64,000 nucleotides of DNA from Candidatus Bathyarchaeota archaeon. Its GTDB lineage: Archaea > Thermoproteota > Bathyarchaeia > TCS64. Both the position numbers and the translations under genes were made by a program. Of the stretch, positions 47,495-57,288 are shown piece after piece (the stretch's first letter is position 1; each line of letters opens with the position of its first letter). A model generated the notes under the pieces. It did not search any database. It was given only the letters and a program-made list of their open reading frames with translations, and had not been told where the DNA came from. Location of the stretch: the NCBI GenBank assembly GCA_043826455.1, contig JBDRQD010000015.1, positions 160,001 to 224,000 of the forward strand. The letters are read 5' to 3'.

Positions 47495-48793
47495 TTGTCA
47501 AGGATAAGGGACCTGTTCTTCGACGAGTTCTACGACGAGCTTGAGCGCGTGGCCGTCGGTTTAGAGAAGGAGGAGGCGCCGGAGGGGCCACCCCTTCTCG
47601 CTGAGGAGGTTAAGCGTAGATGGCACGGGTTCAGCCCCGACCCGGAGGGCAGAGAGGGGGCACTGGTGTCTGTAGATGGGGGCGTCCAGTTCAGCAGCTT
47701 CGCCTACGGGGACTTCGTGTCCGTGGGCCGCGCCTGCGCCCTCACCCACTGGCCCGGCCGCGAGCAGCCCGTCTCCAAGGACGTGAAGATATACGTGGGG
47801 GAGGTCTTCGACGACAGGGACAGGGGCTTCATACCAGGCTACGTCAGAATGATCACAGAGTACAGGGTGGCCTACCAGGCGGCCTCCAGGGTTCTGGAGC
47901 AGGGGGGACTGCCCGTGGTCCTCATGGACGGGTCCCTGTACTTCGGAAGGTTCCCCTACGCCGTCAGGGAGTACCTTCATCATGGTGAGCTTCTCACAGA
48001 GCTCTTCGACGCCATCACGGGGCTCAGGTGCCTGGCCAGGGACCACGGGTTCCCCTTGGTGGGTGTCACTAAGGATTCCACAGTCTTCTACATGTACATG
48101 GCTTTGATGAGGAAGGCCGTGTTGGACGCAGGATTAGGGTGGATGGGGGCCGACGTGAAGGAGGCGTCCAGCCCCCTTAGCCTCAGACTAAAGGCGGAGC
48201 AGTGGCACCCGGACAAGCGGGCCCAGGCTGAGGTCTTCCTGGAGAGGAGGCCCCTCTGTGACACGGCCCTAGTCAACGAGGTGGCGAAGGGGGAGGGCTA
48301 CACCCAGCCGCTGCTGCTGGCCCCCTCCATCTACTATGGCAGGGACACGGGCACCCCCGACCTCTATAAAAGAATCAGGAACAATGTGGGGGACCTGAAG
48401 GCCGACCCCATGATCAGGGCCCTCGAAGGGTTCTTCAAGTGCCCGGGCGTGGCCGTCACCTACTGGAGGCCCAGCGATAAGGCGAGGCCCTTCAGGGTAG
48501 ATGTCTCGGCGTCCTGGCTGGGGCACAGCGACCCCTGGGACAAGCTGAAGTCCAACATGTTCGTGGACCCGGGCACCGACCTAAAACCGTTGGAGATGGT
48601 GCTCAACCACCTGGGGTACTGGCACGTGAACCCCATAGAGTACAACGTGCCGCTGATGCAGGCCGACATGCTGGCCAGGTTCGACCGAGAGCTTTACAGG
48701 CAGAAGTACGAACCATTTATTGTGAAGAGGCTGGAGCGGGCGGGCCTCCTGGTCACCGACTCCAGGCGCGACATAAGGGAGGTAGACGGATGA
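47495..48793 (+). CDS. nurA: NurA nuclease
   Basis: SVDGG, LMDGSL, VGVTKDS, D-TAL, PLMQAD; directly upstream of herA. Confidence 0.82.
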   Translation: MSRIRDLFFDEFYDELERVAVGLEKEEAPEGPPLLAEEVKRRWHGFSPDPEGREGALVSVDGGVQFSSFAYGDFVSVGRACALTHWPGREQPVSKDVKIYVGEVFDDRDRGFIPGYVRMITEYRVAYQAASRVLEQGGLPVVLMDGSLYFGRFPYAVREYLHHGELLTELFDAITGLRCLARDHGFPLVGVTKDSTVFYMYMALMRKAVLDAGLGWMGADVKEASSPLSLRLKAEQWHPDKRAQAEVFLERRPLCDTALVNEVAKGEGYTQPLLLAPSIYYGRDTGTPDLYKRIRNNVGDLKADPMIRALEGFFKCPGVAVTYWRPSDKARPFRVDVSASWLGHSDPWDKLKSNMFVDPGTDLKPLEMVLNHLGYWHVNPIEYNVPLMQADMLARFDRELYRQKYEPFIVKRLERAGLLVTDSRRDIREVDG

Positions 48794-50367
48794 AAGAGTA
48801 CGGGCTGATTGTGGGTCAGAGCAACCCAAGCTTCTACGAGTTCAACATCATCGACCCTGACTACAGGCCGGTGAACTACGAGTACGTCCAGGTGGAGGTG
48901 GAGGAGTTCAAGCCCGACGGCTCCCGGGAGAAGCACCAGGTCCTGGGCCAGGTCAAGTCCCTCACGGCCAGGCACCCCTTCTACGACCAGCGCACCACCC
49001 CCGGCGCCGCCTGGAGGCAGCGGGAGCTGGGCGTCGCCGAGGACATGATCCAGGTCATAGCCTCCGCCAAGGTCCTGGGCTACATAATCGAGGAGGGAGG
49101 CCGGAGAGACGTGAGGCGCCCCAGGTCGCCCCCCATGCCCGGGACTCCGGTACATAGGGCGAGCGACGAGCTCCTACAGCAGCTGTTCACCGTGCCCGAG
49201 GACGAACTGCCCCTGGACGTGGGCAGCCTCCTCCACAGGCAGCAGATCAAGATACCCATCAGTGGCAGGGAGCTCCACAGGCACACCGCGGTCCTCGCTA
49301 TGACTCGGTACGGTAAGAGCTACTTCGCGGGCCGCATCATAGAGCAGCTCCTCAAGCAGGGGGCCACCATCCTAACCATAGACGCCCACGGCGACTACGC
49401 CAACATGACATTGGACGCCCAGGGCAGGCAGCACCCCCTCTTCTGGGACAAAGTCAAGGTCTTCAGGCCCGAGGCGGCCGAGTACTTCGAGGGGCCCCAC
49501 GTCAGGCCCCTCCGCCTCAGTGTATCCGGGTGCAGCCTGGGCGAGCTCTGCGCCCTGGCTAGGATAACGGGCGCCAAACAAAAGCTTGTCCTTAAACGAG
49601 CTATAAAGAGGATAAACTCAGTTAGCTACACACTCGATCAAATTATAGATGAATTGGAGAAGGAATATGATCAAGAGACCGCAGAAAATCAGAAAAGAAT
49701 ATCAGACATCATGAATTACATCGACGATTTAAACGATTGGGGGATTTTTACAGAGGGAGACTTGGATATTAAGGATTTATTCAAACCCATGCAGATGAAC
49801 GACATTTACCTAAGTGGCATCAGCGACTACGTCCAAGATGTTCTCGTGGGAATGATACTGAGACGTGTATTCGATGCCAAGTTCAAGCGGAAGCCCTGGG
49901 CCAGGCTCCCCATATTTATATTTGTGGAGGAGGCCCACAGGTTCGCGGCGCCCCCCGACATGGGTGGCGGTAGGTTCAGCCGTGACATCCTGGCACGTAT
50001 CGCAGCGGAGGGGGCTAAGTTCGGTGTCTTCCTCACTATCATCAGCCAGAGGCCCCGGAAGATAGACCCCGACATCCTCAGCAACTGCAGTAACCTGGCC
50101 ATCCTCAGGGTCGTCAACAACACGGACCAGCACACCATACAGGCGGCCAGCGAGAGCTTCAGCGAGGACCTGCTGGACGACCTACCCGCCTTGGAGCAGG
50201 GGGAAGCCGTATTGGTAGGCCCCTTTGTCCCGGTGCCAGTGATGATAAAGACGGCCACCAGGGAGACTAAGCATGGGGGCACCACACCCGACGTCTTCGG
50301 GCTCCTCAAGGAGGCCAGAAACCAGCTTGAGGAAGAGGAAGAGAAGAAGAGCATACGGCTCCACTAG
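48790..50367 (+). CDS. herA: HerA ATPase/translocase
   Basis: N-terminal HAS-barrel-like region, RHTAVLAMTRYGKS, DAHGDY, VEEAHRF, EGAKFGV, SQRP. Confidence 0.9.
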   Translation: MKEYGLIVGQSNPSFYEFNIIDPDYRPVNYEYVQVEVEEFKPDGSREKHQVLGQVKSLTARHPFYDQRTTPGAAWRQRELGVAEDMIQVIASAKVLGYIIEEGGRRDVRRPRSPPMPGTPVHRASDELLQQLFTVPEDELPLDVGSLLHRQQIKIPISGRELHRHTAVLAMTRYGKSYFAGRIIEQLLKQGATILTIDAHGDYANMTLDAQGRQHPLFWDKVKVFRPEAAEYFEGPHVRPLRLSVSGCSLGELCALARITGAKQKLVLKRAIKRINSVSYTLDQIIDELEKEYDQETAENQKRISDIMNYIDDLNDWGIFTEGDLDIKDLFKPMQMNDIYLSGISDYVQDVLVGMILRRVFDAKFKRKPWARLPIFIFVEEAHRFAAPPDMGGGRFSRDILARIAAEGAKFGVFLTIISQRPRKIDPDILSNCSNLAILRVVNNTDQHTIQAASESFSEDLLDDLPALEQGEAVLVGPFVPVPVMIKTATRETKHGGTTPDVFGLLKEARNQLEEEEEKKSIRLH

Positions 50368-50375
50368 GTGATGTC

Positions 50376-51626
50376 ATGAGGTTCGCTGTCCTGGCGGACA
50401 CCCACATCGGGCGAAGCATACCTCTGGCCATCGCAGAGTATAGACGCGAGGCCTTCAATAGGGCATTTAGTCGGGCCGTGGACCTGTGCGTAGAGCGGGG
50501 TGTCGATTACGTGTTCATCGGGGGAGACCTATTTGAGAGACGCACACTCCGCCCCAATCTGGTCCAGTTTGCCCACGACGAACTGTACAGGCTGGCCCGT
50601 GAGAACCTGGAGCAGCACGGCGTCAAGGTCAAGATACTGGTGGTTAGAGGCAACCACGACGGCCGACCCCAGAGCGACACTCTGGACTACATTAAACACC
50701 CCTTAGCCGATTACCTCCATGTCTTCGGGGACACACAGGAGACAGTCGTCTACAGAGATGAACGGCTCTACGTGGTTGGCCTCAATTACTACGACCATAT
50801 TCAGAAAGCATTCGATTTTTTAGCTGTACCTGGGTTCAAGGAAGCCCAGGTGCTCAAGGTGCTCCTAGTCCACCATTTTATTCAAGGCTACAACAAGGTG
50901 CCCCCCTACAGTGAATACCTCACATTAGATCAGCTAGCTTCAGTGGACCTCGACTTCGTGTTCACAGGTCACCATCACGAGCATTGTGATCAAAAGAAAC
51001 TTTCCAACGGTGGCTGGGTGCTCACACCGGGAAGCCTTGAGATGTACGACTTCGCCGAGAACCCCGACAAGGGATTCTACTTCGTGGAGATCGGCGAAGG
51101 CGAGCCCAGGTTCGAGTGGGTGCCCCTGGAGCCCATGCACGTCATGAGGCAGGTGAAGGTTGAGGCAGACAGGAGGCGTCCACCCCAGTGGTTCATGGAC
51201 AGGATCAGAGAAGAGGTTCAGGGCTTCGCCGAGGAGCTCAAAAAAGCTGACAAACAGGGCTACCTGCGGGTCGTCGTGGAGGGCAAGCTCAGCGAGGGGT
51301 TCCCCAGCGACGTCACCACAAGGGAAGCCCAGGCCATCATGGAGCAGGAGCCTAGCCTCCTCTGGGTGGACGTGGAGACCATGAGGCTGGACCTGCCCCC
51401 CATGGCCGCAAGGCCCGAGAGTACCAGCGGCGACGTAGCCGAGTACTTCAATGACTTCGGAGAGTTCAGCGCCGACATCAGGGACATGCACAGGCGCGTC
51501 AAGGAGGCCCTGGAGAACGAGGCAAGCGAGCAGACGGGTCTCCTCACCCCCACCGTCAGGACCCCCTTCGTGGCGGACTGGGTTGAACGTTTCGAGGCCC
51601 GCCGCTTCAAGGAGGAGCAGCCATGA
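50376..51626 (+). CDS. mre11: Mre11/SbcD-like nuclease
   Basis: ADTHIG, GGDLF, RGNHD, GHHH, PGSLE, KGFYFV. Confidence 0.88.
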   Translation: MRFAVLADTHIGRSIPLAIAEYRREAFNRAFSRAVDLCVERGVDYVFIGGDLFERRTLRPNLVQFAHDELYRLARENLEQHGVKVKILVVRGNHDGRPQSDTLDYIKHPLADYLHVFGDTQETVVYRDERLYVVGLNYYDHIQKAFDFLAVPGFKEAQVLKVLLVHHFIQGYNKVPPYSEYLTLDQLASVDLDFVFTGHHHEHCDQKKLSNGGWVLTPGSLEMYDFAENPDKGFYFVEIGEGEPRFEWVPLEPMHVMRQVKVEADRRRPPQWFMDRIREEVQGFAEELKKADKQGYLRVVVEGKLSEGFPSDVTTREAQAIMEQEPSLLWVDVETMRLDLPPMAARPESTSGDVAEYFNDFGEFSADIRDMHRRVKEALENEASEQTGLLTPTVRTPFVADWVERFEARRFKEEQP

Positions 51627-53686
51627 TAGAGGAGCTCAGCCTCCGCGGCTTCAAGAGCTACAGGGAACGCCAGACCATCAGGTTCACCAGGGGCGTCAAC
51701 AAGATAAGCGGACGCAACGCCGCCGGCAAGACCACCATCCTGGAAGCCATCCTGTTTGGCCTCTTCGGGGAGGTCCCAGGCGTGGACAAACGGGACCTGG
51801 TGAGCCTGGGCTTGGACAGCCTCTACGTCAAGGTAGCCTTCACCAGCCCCCTCACAGGCCAGAGGGCCACCATCATCAGGGAGGGGGAGGTCGCCCAGAA
51901 CAACCGGACCGGGGAGCGGAGCTTCCGCTCCAAGGAGAACAACCTCCAGGTGGAGGACGAGGCCCCAGTCACCAAGATCACGGACATCCAGGCCCGCCTC
52001 AGGGAGCTCCTGGGCGTGGGCCGCACCACCTTCCTCAACGTGGTCTACGCCAAGCAGAAGGAGTTCATAGACATCGTCCGCCCCAGGGACGAGAAGCGGA
52101 TGGACGCCATGCTGGGCCTCACCACCCCCGCCGAGATCAGGGAGCAGCTCAGGGAGGCCAAGAAGGTCCTGCAGATGAAGGGCAGGGTGGACCAGAGGCC
52201 AGCCATCGAGGAGCGCATCAGGAACGCCGAGCAGGCGATAAAGGATGCAGCCGCCCAAGCCGAGCAGCTGGAGGGGCAGCTGAAGGAGCTGGATGAGGGC
52301 CTGCGGCAGAGGAAAGGGGAGGAGGCGGAGGCCCACCGGAGGCTGCAGGAGGCCGAGCGGCTCCAGAGCAGGCTCCAGGACCTGGAGAGGCAGAGCACGC
52401 GGCTGAACGAGGTGAGAGCCACCCGCGAATCCAAGGAGGAGGACCTCCGGCGCCTATCCGAGTCCTTCGAGGACGACCCCTCCAAGCTCCAGGCCGACTA
52501 CGAGACCCAGCTCCAGTCAGCCCAGAGCGCCGAGCAGAGGCTGCAACGGCTCCTGGACACCGAGCTGGACCAGGAGAGGCGCGAGCACATCGGGGCCGTC
52601 GAACGGCTGCAGCACCAGATAGACGAGCACACCTCCCTCAAGGAGCAAGGCTTAACCGTCTGCCCCAAGTGCGGCCAACACATAGACCACAGCCTCCTGG
52701 AAGAAGACGTCGAGAACTGGACCCGGGAGCTGGAGGAGAAGCGGAGCCGCCTAAAGGCCGTTGAGGCCGAGATATCCACCATAAGGGAGCAGGCCCAGCA
52801 GTCGAGAAGAAGGGCTGAGAAGGCCAGGGAGCGACTCACAGAGCTCAGAGCCCAGATCAGGCAGGTGGAGGAGGCCAGGGCAGCCATAGGGGACCTGAAC
52901 CGCCAGGCTCAGCGACTTCAGGCGGGAGCCCAGGACGCGGAGGAGACCGCCCTACGGGAAGCAGAGGAGCAGCTGGGCAGGGCCTTCGCGTCGCCGGCCG
53001 ACGCGTCCAAGTGGCTTGAGGAGAGGATCAGAGCCCAGAGGAAGGAGTACAACGCCCTCACCAAGACGGTGGGGGACCTGGAGGGTGAGCAACGATCCCT
53101 CAGACGCCAGAGAGGCGACTGCGAGAGCCGCCTGGAGCAGCAGAGGGCCATACTGGAGGACTCCAATGCCCAGCAGGAAGCCATGGAGGAGTACGAGGCC
53201 AAGATAAGGGCCCTGGAGGCCGTGCAGGACAGGTACACGGTCTACGAGAGGGAGCTACGGGAGAACACCGTCAGGCTCCTGGAGTACCGCACATACGAGT
53301 ACTTCCAGCGCCTCACCGACCAGCAGCTCTACAGCGGATGCCACATAGACAGAGACAAATATGTGCTGGAGGTGCAGCCCATAGGCAGCCCCAGGCTCCT
53401 ACCGGCCTGGAGGGCCGGCGGCGGCCACGAGAGCCTCCTGGCCCTGGCCGAGAGGCTGGCCCTCCTCAAGGTGATGGAGTTCCCCCACCTGCTGATACTG
53501 GACGAGCCCACCGACGCCGTGGACAGCGAGAACATACCCCAGCTCCTGGACTACATTGCCCGAACCAGCGAGCAGATAGAGCAGGTCATCCTGGTGACTC
53601 ACCACGGGTACGGCGAGGAGCAGGGCGTCAACCTGATAACGGTCAGCAAGAGCGGCAAGGAGTCCCGCGTGCAGCAGGGCCTCTAG
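51623..53686 (+). CDS. rad50: Rad50/SbcC-like SMC ATPase
   Basis: GFKSY, GRNAAGKTT, Q-loop YAKQ, coiled coil with central CPKCG hook, LILDEPT, VTH. Confidence 0.88.
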   Translation: MIEELSLRGFKSYRERQTIRFTRGVNKISGRNAAGKTTILEAILFGLFGEVPGVDKRDLVSLGLDSLYVKVAFTSPLTGQRATIIREGEVAQNNRTGERSFRSKENNLQVEDEAPVTKITDIQARLRELLGVGRTTFLNVVYAKQKEFIDIVRPRDEKRMDAMLGLTTPAEIREQLREAKKVLQMKGRVDQRPAIEERIRNAEQAIKDAAAQAEQLEGQLKELDEGLRQRKGEEAEAHRRLQEAERLQSRLQDLERQSTRLNEVRATRESKEEDLRRLSESFEDDPSKLQADYETQLQSAQSAEQRLQRLLDTELDQERREHIGAVERLQHQIDEHTSLKEQGLTVCPKCGQHIDHSLLEEDVENWTRELEEKRSRLKAVEAEISTIREQAQQSRRRAEKARERLTELRAQIRQVEEARAAIGDLNRQAQRLQAGAQDAEETALREAEEQLGRAFASPADASKWLEERIRAQRKEYNALTKTVGDLEGEQRSLRRQRGDCESRLEQQRAILEDSNAQQEAMEEYEAKIRALEAVQDRYTVYERELRENTVRLLEYRTYEYFQRLTDQQLYSGCHIDRDKYVLEVQPIGSPRLLPAWRAGGGHESLLALAERLALLKVMEFPHLLILDEPTDAVDSENIPQLLDYIARTSEQIEQVILVTHHGYGEEQGVNLITVSKSGKESRVQQGL

Positions 53687-53874
53687 CGGCTGGTCTTGGG
53701 CTTATACTTCTTCTCCTTGTACTTGCCCGTCAGCCGGACGTGGGTGCCACTGCGGGTAGCCGAGGACTCTATGGACTCGTCCATCTTCCTGCACTCCAGC
53801 TGCCAGTCGCACTCGGCGCAGTCCTCCTCGGAGCCGTACATGCCTATGCAGTCGGGGCGTCTGCTCATGCTCAT
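53683..53874 (-). CDS. Small Cys-containing hypothetical protein
   Basis: MSRRPDCIGMY...CAEC...EC..., basic tail. Confidence 0.55.
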   Translation of the reverse strand: MSMSRRPDCIGMYGSEEDCAECDWQLECRKMDESIESSATRSGTHVRLTGKYKEKKYKPKTSR

Positions 53875-53927
53875 ATCATGAGTCGTCCTGAAGCACACTG
53901 TAAAAACTTGTCGCTTAAAAAAGGGGG

Positions 53928-54149
53928 TTAGGGGCCTCTGGCGGCCTCTATGAGGTCCCCCATCTTGAAGGGGTACATCTCCGCCAGCTCCCTCGCCTCG
54001 GCCTTGGGGACCCCCTGGGATATGAGCTGCCTCCTGAAGGCGCCGCGGGCCCTCCTGTAGCCGGTGCTCCACTGGATGGCCCAGCCTGGGGCTCTGACCA
54101 TCAGCCCTAGGGCCTTCACTAAGGTGCGCAGGCTGAAGCGGCTGCTCAC
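53928..54149 (-). CDS. Small hypothetical protein
   Basis: GTG start after GGAG; shares the FRRxLIxxGVPxAEA motif with its upstream neighbour. Confidence 0.55.
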   Translation of the reverse strand: MSSRFSLRTLVKALGLMVRAPGWAIQWSTGYRRARGAFRRQLISQGVPKAEARELAEMYPFKMGDLIEAARGP

Positions 54150-54152
54150 GGT

Positions 54153-54464
54153 TTACTCCTCGTCTTTGTAGTAGCTGTGTTCCCCTATGCGGGCGTCCTT
54201 CATCATGCCCTTCCAGTTGGTGACGGTCTGCATGTACTCCCGGGTCATGGCCATGGCCTCGGCCTCGGGGACGCCGTTCTCTATGAGGGTCCTCCTGAAC
54301 TCTGCGACGCTCTTCGCCATGTTGGCCGCGGCCTCGGGGCTGAAGAAGCTGTCAAGGATTCCCTTTATCATCTTGGGCACCTTGTCGCTCACCGTGTCCA
54401 GCACGGCTGCCAGGTCCTCCGGGTCCTCCACGAAGTCTTTCCTTCGTCTTCTGTGTTCATCCAT
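54153..54464 (-). CDS. Conserved hypothetical helical protein
   Basis: VSDKVPKMIKGI...FRRTLIENGVPEAEA. Confidence 0.65.
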   Translation of the reverse strand: MDEHRRRRKDFVEDPEDLAAVLDTVSDKVPKMIKGILDSFFSPEAAANMAKSVAEFRRTLIENGVPEAEAMAMTREYMQTVTNWKGMMKDARIGEHSYYKDEE

Positions 54465-54575
54465 CTTGGATCAATATGGATATGGGGGTGATCAACGCCT
54501 ATAGGTGTGGTGGAAAAAACTGATCACCTTCTGATCAGTGAGCACTTTAAATCCAGTCCCTCCCCTTGATAAGGC

Positions 54576-55394
54576 ATGGTCGGAGAGGAGGCCTTGGGTT
54601 TCTTGACCTCAGTCTACGCATGGATAGACACCAACCTGGGGTCCATTGTGGCGTCGGCGGTCTTGGTGTTTCTACTGCTGCTGGTGTACAGGGTCATTAG
54701 TTCCAACATAGATCGGCTCAGGACGCAGGAGGTTCTGGACCCTAACTCGGCGTTCCTCATCAACAGGCTGGTGAAGTGGACCTTCTACCTGGTGGTCACC
54801 GTGGTAGTCTTCAACGTCCTGGGCGTCAAGGTGGACCTCTTCCTCGGCTTCTGGGTGCTGGCTGGGGGCACCATCATCGGGTTCGCGTCCATGAGCACCA
54901 TAGGCAACGCCATAGCCGGCCTCATACTCATGGTGAGCCGGCCCTTTAAGATCAGGGATAGGCTCCTCTTCCAGGACCAGTACGTGGAGGTGGAGGGCAT
55001 CGACCTCATATACACTAGGATGCGGACGCTGGATAACGTGCTGATATCGGTGCCCAACCAGATGGTGCTGGACACCGTCATCCAGGACTACAGCACCTAC
55101 AACGTGGTGAGGCGCCGGTGCGTGGTGACCGCGGACTACAGCGAGAAGCCTCAGCGGGTGAGGGAGCTCCTGCTGGAGGCGGTTAAGAAGGTTGATCTCA
55201 TCCTCGAGGAGCCTAAGCCCTTCGTCTGGGTCACCGATCTTCAGAGCTTCGCCATGGAGTACACTCTCTTCTACTTCATAGACGACGTGATGAAGATCAT
55301 TAGGATAGACTCGGGTGTGAGGGAGGCCGTTCACGAGGTGTTGACTGAGGCGGGCATCGATATGACCACACCGAACCTGATAAAAACGGTGTAA
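54576..55394 (+). CDS. mscS: Small-conductance mechanosensitive channel
   Basis: IIGFA...IGNAIAGL...RPFKIRD, TRMRTLDN..ISVPN. Confidence 0.9.
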   Translation: MVGEEALGFLTSVYAWIDTNLGSIVASAVLVFLLLLVYRVISSNIDRLRTQEVLDPNSAFLINRLVKWTFYLVVTVVVFNVLGVKVDLFLGFWVLAGGTIIGFASMSTIGNAIAGLILMVSRPFKIRDRLLFQDQYVEVEGIDLIYTRMRTLDNVLISVPNQMVLDTVIQDYSTYNVVRRRCVVTADYSEKPQRVRELLLEAVKKVDLILEEPKPFVWVTDLQSFAMEYTLFYFIDDVMKIIRIDSGVREAVHEVLTEAGIDMTTPNLIKTV

Positions 55395-55648
55395 ACTGTC
55401 TTTAAACCATACATTTCTTACCCTGTTTGTTTCAATTGGTTCCTATATCCTTATATCGTTTTTATATAAAGAAGTTAAAATCTTTATATATTCTAAAAAT
55501 AACATAATTATATAAGTAAATTACATTTTTATTGGAAGAAATACTTCTCACTCTAATAATATTTACATGTATAATTTTGAGAATCTGTTATTTGCACCTT
55601 GAAATCTTCCCAATATGCCCGTTAAGGCGACATGGAGAGAAAAGTAAG

Positions 55649-55840
55649 ATGCCCATATGTGCAATCTGTGGCGAGGAAGTGGAACACGTCACCAAGTGCA
55701 AGATGTGCGGTGAAAAGTTCTGCTCAGACTGCGGCGAACCAGACGAGAAGCTCTGCATCTACTGCGTGGACGAGGACGACGACTGGGACGACGACGAGGA
55801 CTTCGAGGACGAGGACGCGGAGGAAGAGGACGAAGAGTAG
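55649..55840 (+). CDS. Small multi-CxxC zinc-finger protein with acidic tail
   Basis: CAIC, CKMC, CSDC, CIYC then a D/E-rich tail. Confidence 0.7.
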   Translation: MPICAICGEEVEHVTKCKMCGEKFCSDCGEPDEKLCIYCVDEDDDWDDDEDFEDEDAEEEDEE

Positions 55841-55920
55841 CCTCCTCGCGCAGCCCACATCTTTCCTTTATTCCTCCTTTTTGGGGTCAACGTTATTAGC
55901 GGCGGATCACCTTAGATCGC

Positions 55921-57288
55921 ATGCCTGATTTTTCCGGTATTCTTGAGAACGTCCCCTATTTCAAGCGCTACTTGACGGTTGACGAGCTTCACAAGAGGTC
56001 AGCTGAGCTGGTTAATGAGCACTCCGGCAGGGTGGAGCTCATAGACCTGGGTGAGAGCACCAATGGAGAGACCATCGAGTGCCTGAAGATCGGTGAGGGC
56101 AGGTACAATGCCCTTATCCACGGGTTCCCCAACTGTGAGGAGCCCTTCGGGGGTAACCTTCTGGACTACCTGTCGTGGGCCCTGGCGGAGAACGACCAGC
56201 TGAGGGATGAGATGGATTATACCTGGTACCTGGTTAAGTGCAGTGACCCTGACGGGGCGCGGCTTAACGAGGGGTTCCACCTTGGGCCGCATACGCCCAT
56301 GAACTTCACCCTCAACTACTACAGGACGCCTAACGCGTTGACGCCGGAGAGCTGCTTTCCCTTCAGGTTCGGGCCCCTGAACTTGGATAGCCCGGTGCCT
56401 GAGACCCGGGCCCTGATGAGGGTGATGGATCGGGTTTCTTTCCAGTTCGTGAGCAGCCTCCACATGATGAAGTGGGGGGGCATTACCTACGAGGTGCCTC
56501 ATCCGTGCCCGGAGTTGTACGCGCCCCTGTGGGAGATGGCCAAGATGTTCAACGTGTTCCCCCGGAAGCGTCCTGGTACCACCATCGCGCCTGGGGTGAT
56601 GCAGGCAGTTTACCTGACGCCGGCCCGGGGCTACGTCCGGCACTGGGCTGCTGGTAACGCCAACATCGAGCCCATCCGGGGGTGCTATATCTATGAGTAC
56701 GGGCAGATGATGAACCCGAGCCTGTTCATGATGATCCCTGAGTGCTGCATCTGGTTTGACCCCAGGATGTGGGATGACACTCTCAGCGAGACCACCATAG
56801 GGGAGAGCCTAGCCTACGCCAAGGAGCGCTCGGACGAGGTGGACCAATACATGCTGGGGGTCTGGAACCGGGCTCTGCCCCACCTGAGGCTGGGATCGCC
56901 TTTTAAGGTGATGATGGACGAGCACATGGAGCCCATATTGAAGCGGTACACGAACGTGAGCAACCCGCCCTTCAGCTTCAACAAGAAGATTCACGCCAGG
57001 CCGGCGACGGAGGCGGAGAGGGTGGGCATTGAGGGCCGGGACGACCTATACAGGATGTTCTACCTGGGCGGCCTCATCAGGACCTTCGACGCGGAGCTGG
57101 AGGCCGGGGGTCCGGAGGCTCTGGCGGCGCTGAGGGACGAGGTGTACCTGAAGCTGCAGGAGTACGACAATTATCTTCATGATAACTACACGGTGGTGGC
57201 GCACCCCATCAGGAACCTGGTGGGTATGAGTCTGGGGGCTCTGCTGCACAGCGCCCTATACGCTAAGCGTGGGGCGTTGTGGTACTAG
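55921..57288 (+). CDS. M14 zinc carboxypeptidase-like protein (degenerate first metal motif)
   Basis: LGESTNGETIECLKIGEG, GFPNCEEPFG, DPDGARLNEG, PETRAL, SSLH. Confidence 0.75.
   Translation: MPDFSGILENVPYFKRYLTVDELHKRSAELVNEHSGRVELIDLGESTNGETIECLKIGEGRYNALIHGFPNCEEPFGGNLLDYLSWALAENDQLRDEMDYTWYLVKCSDPDGARLNEGFHLGPHTPMNFTLNYYRTPNALTPESCFPFRFGPLNLDSPVPETRALMRVMDRVSFQFVSSLHMMKWGGITYEVPHPCPELYAPLWEMAKMFNVFPRKRPGTTIAPGVMQAVYLTPARGYVRHWAAGNANIEPIRGCYIYEYGQMMNPSLFMMIPECCIWFDPRMWDDTLSETTIGESLAYAKERSDEVDQYMLGVWNRALPHLRLGSPFKVMMDEHMEPILKRYTNVSNPPFSFNKKIHARPATEAERVGIEGRDDLYRMFYLGGLIRTFDAELEAGGPEALAALRDEVYLKLQEYDNYLHDNYTVVAHPIRNLVGMSLGALLHSALYAKRGALWY

Noticed and set aside
49575..49925. Intein or mobile intron in herA
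   Set aside because: No C/S...HN-C/S/T splice motifs or LAGLIDADG blocks; HerA length is ordinary.
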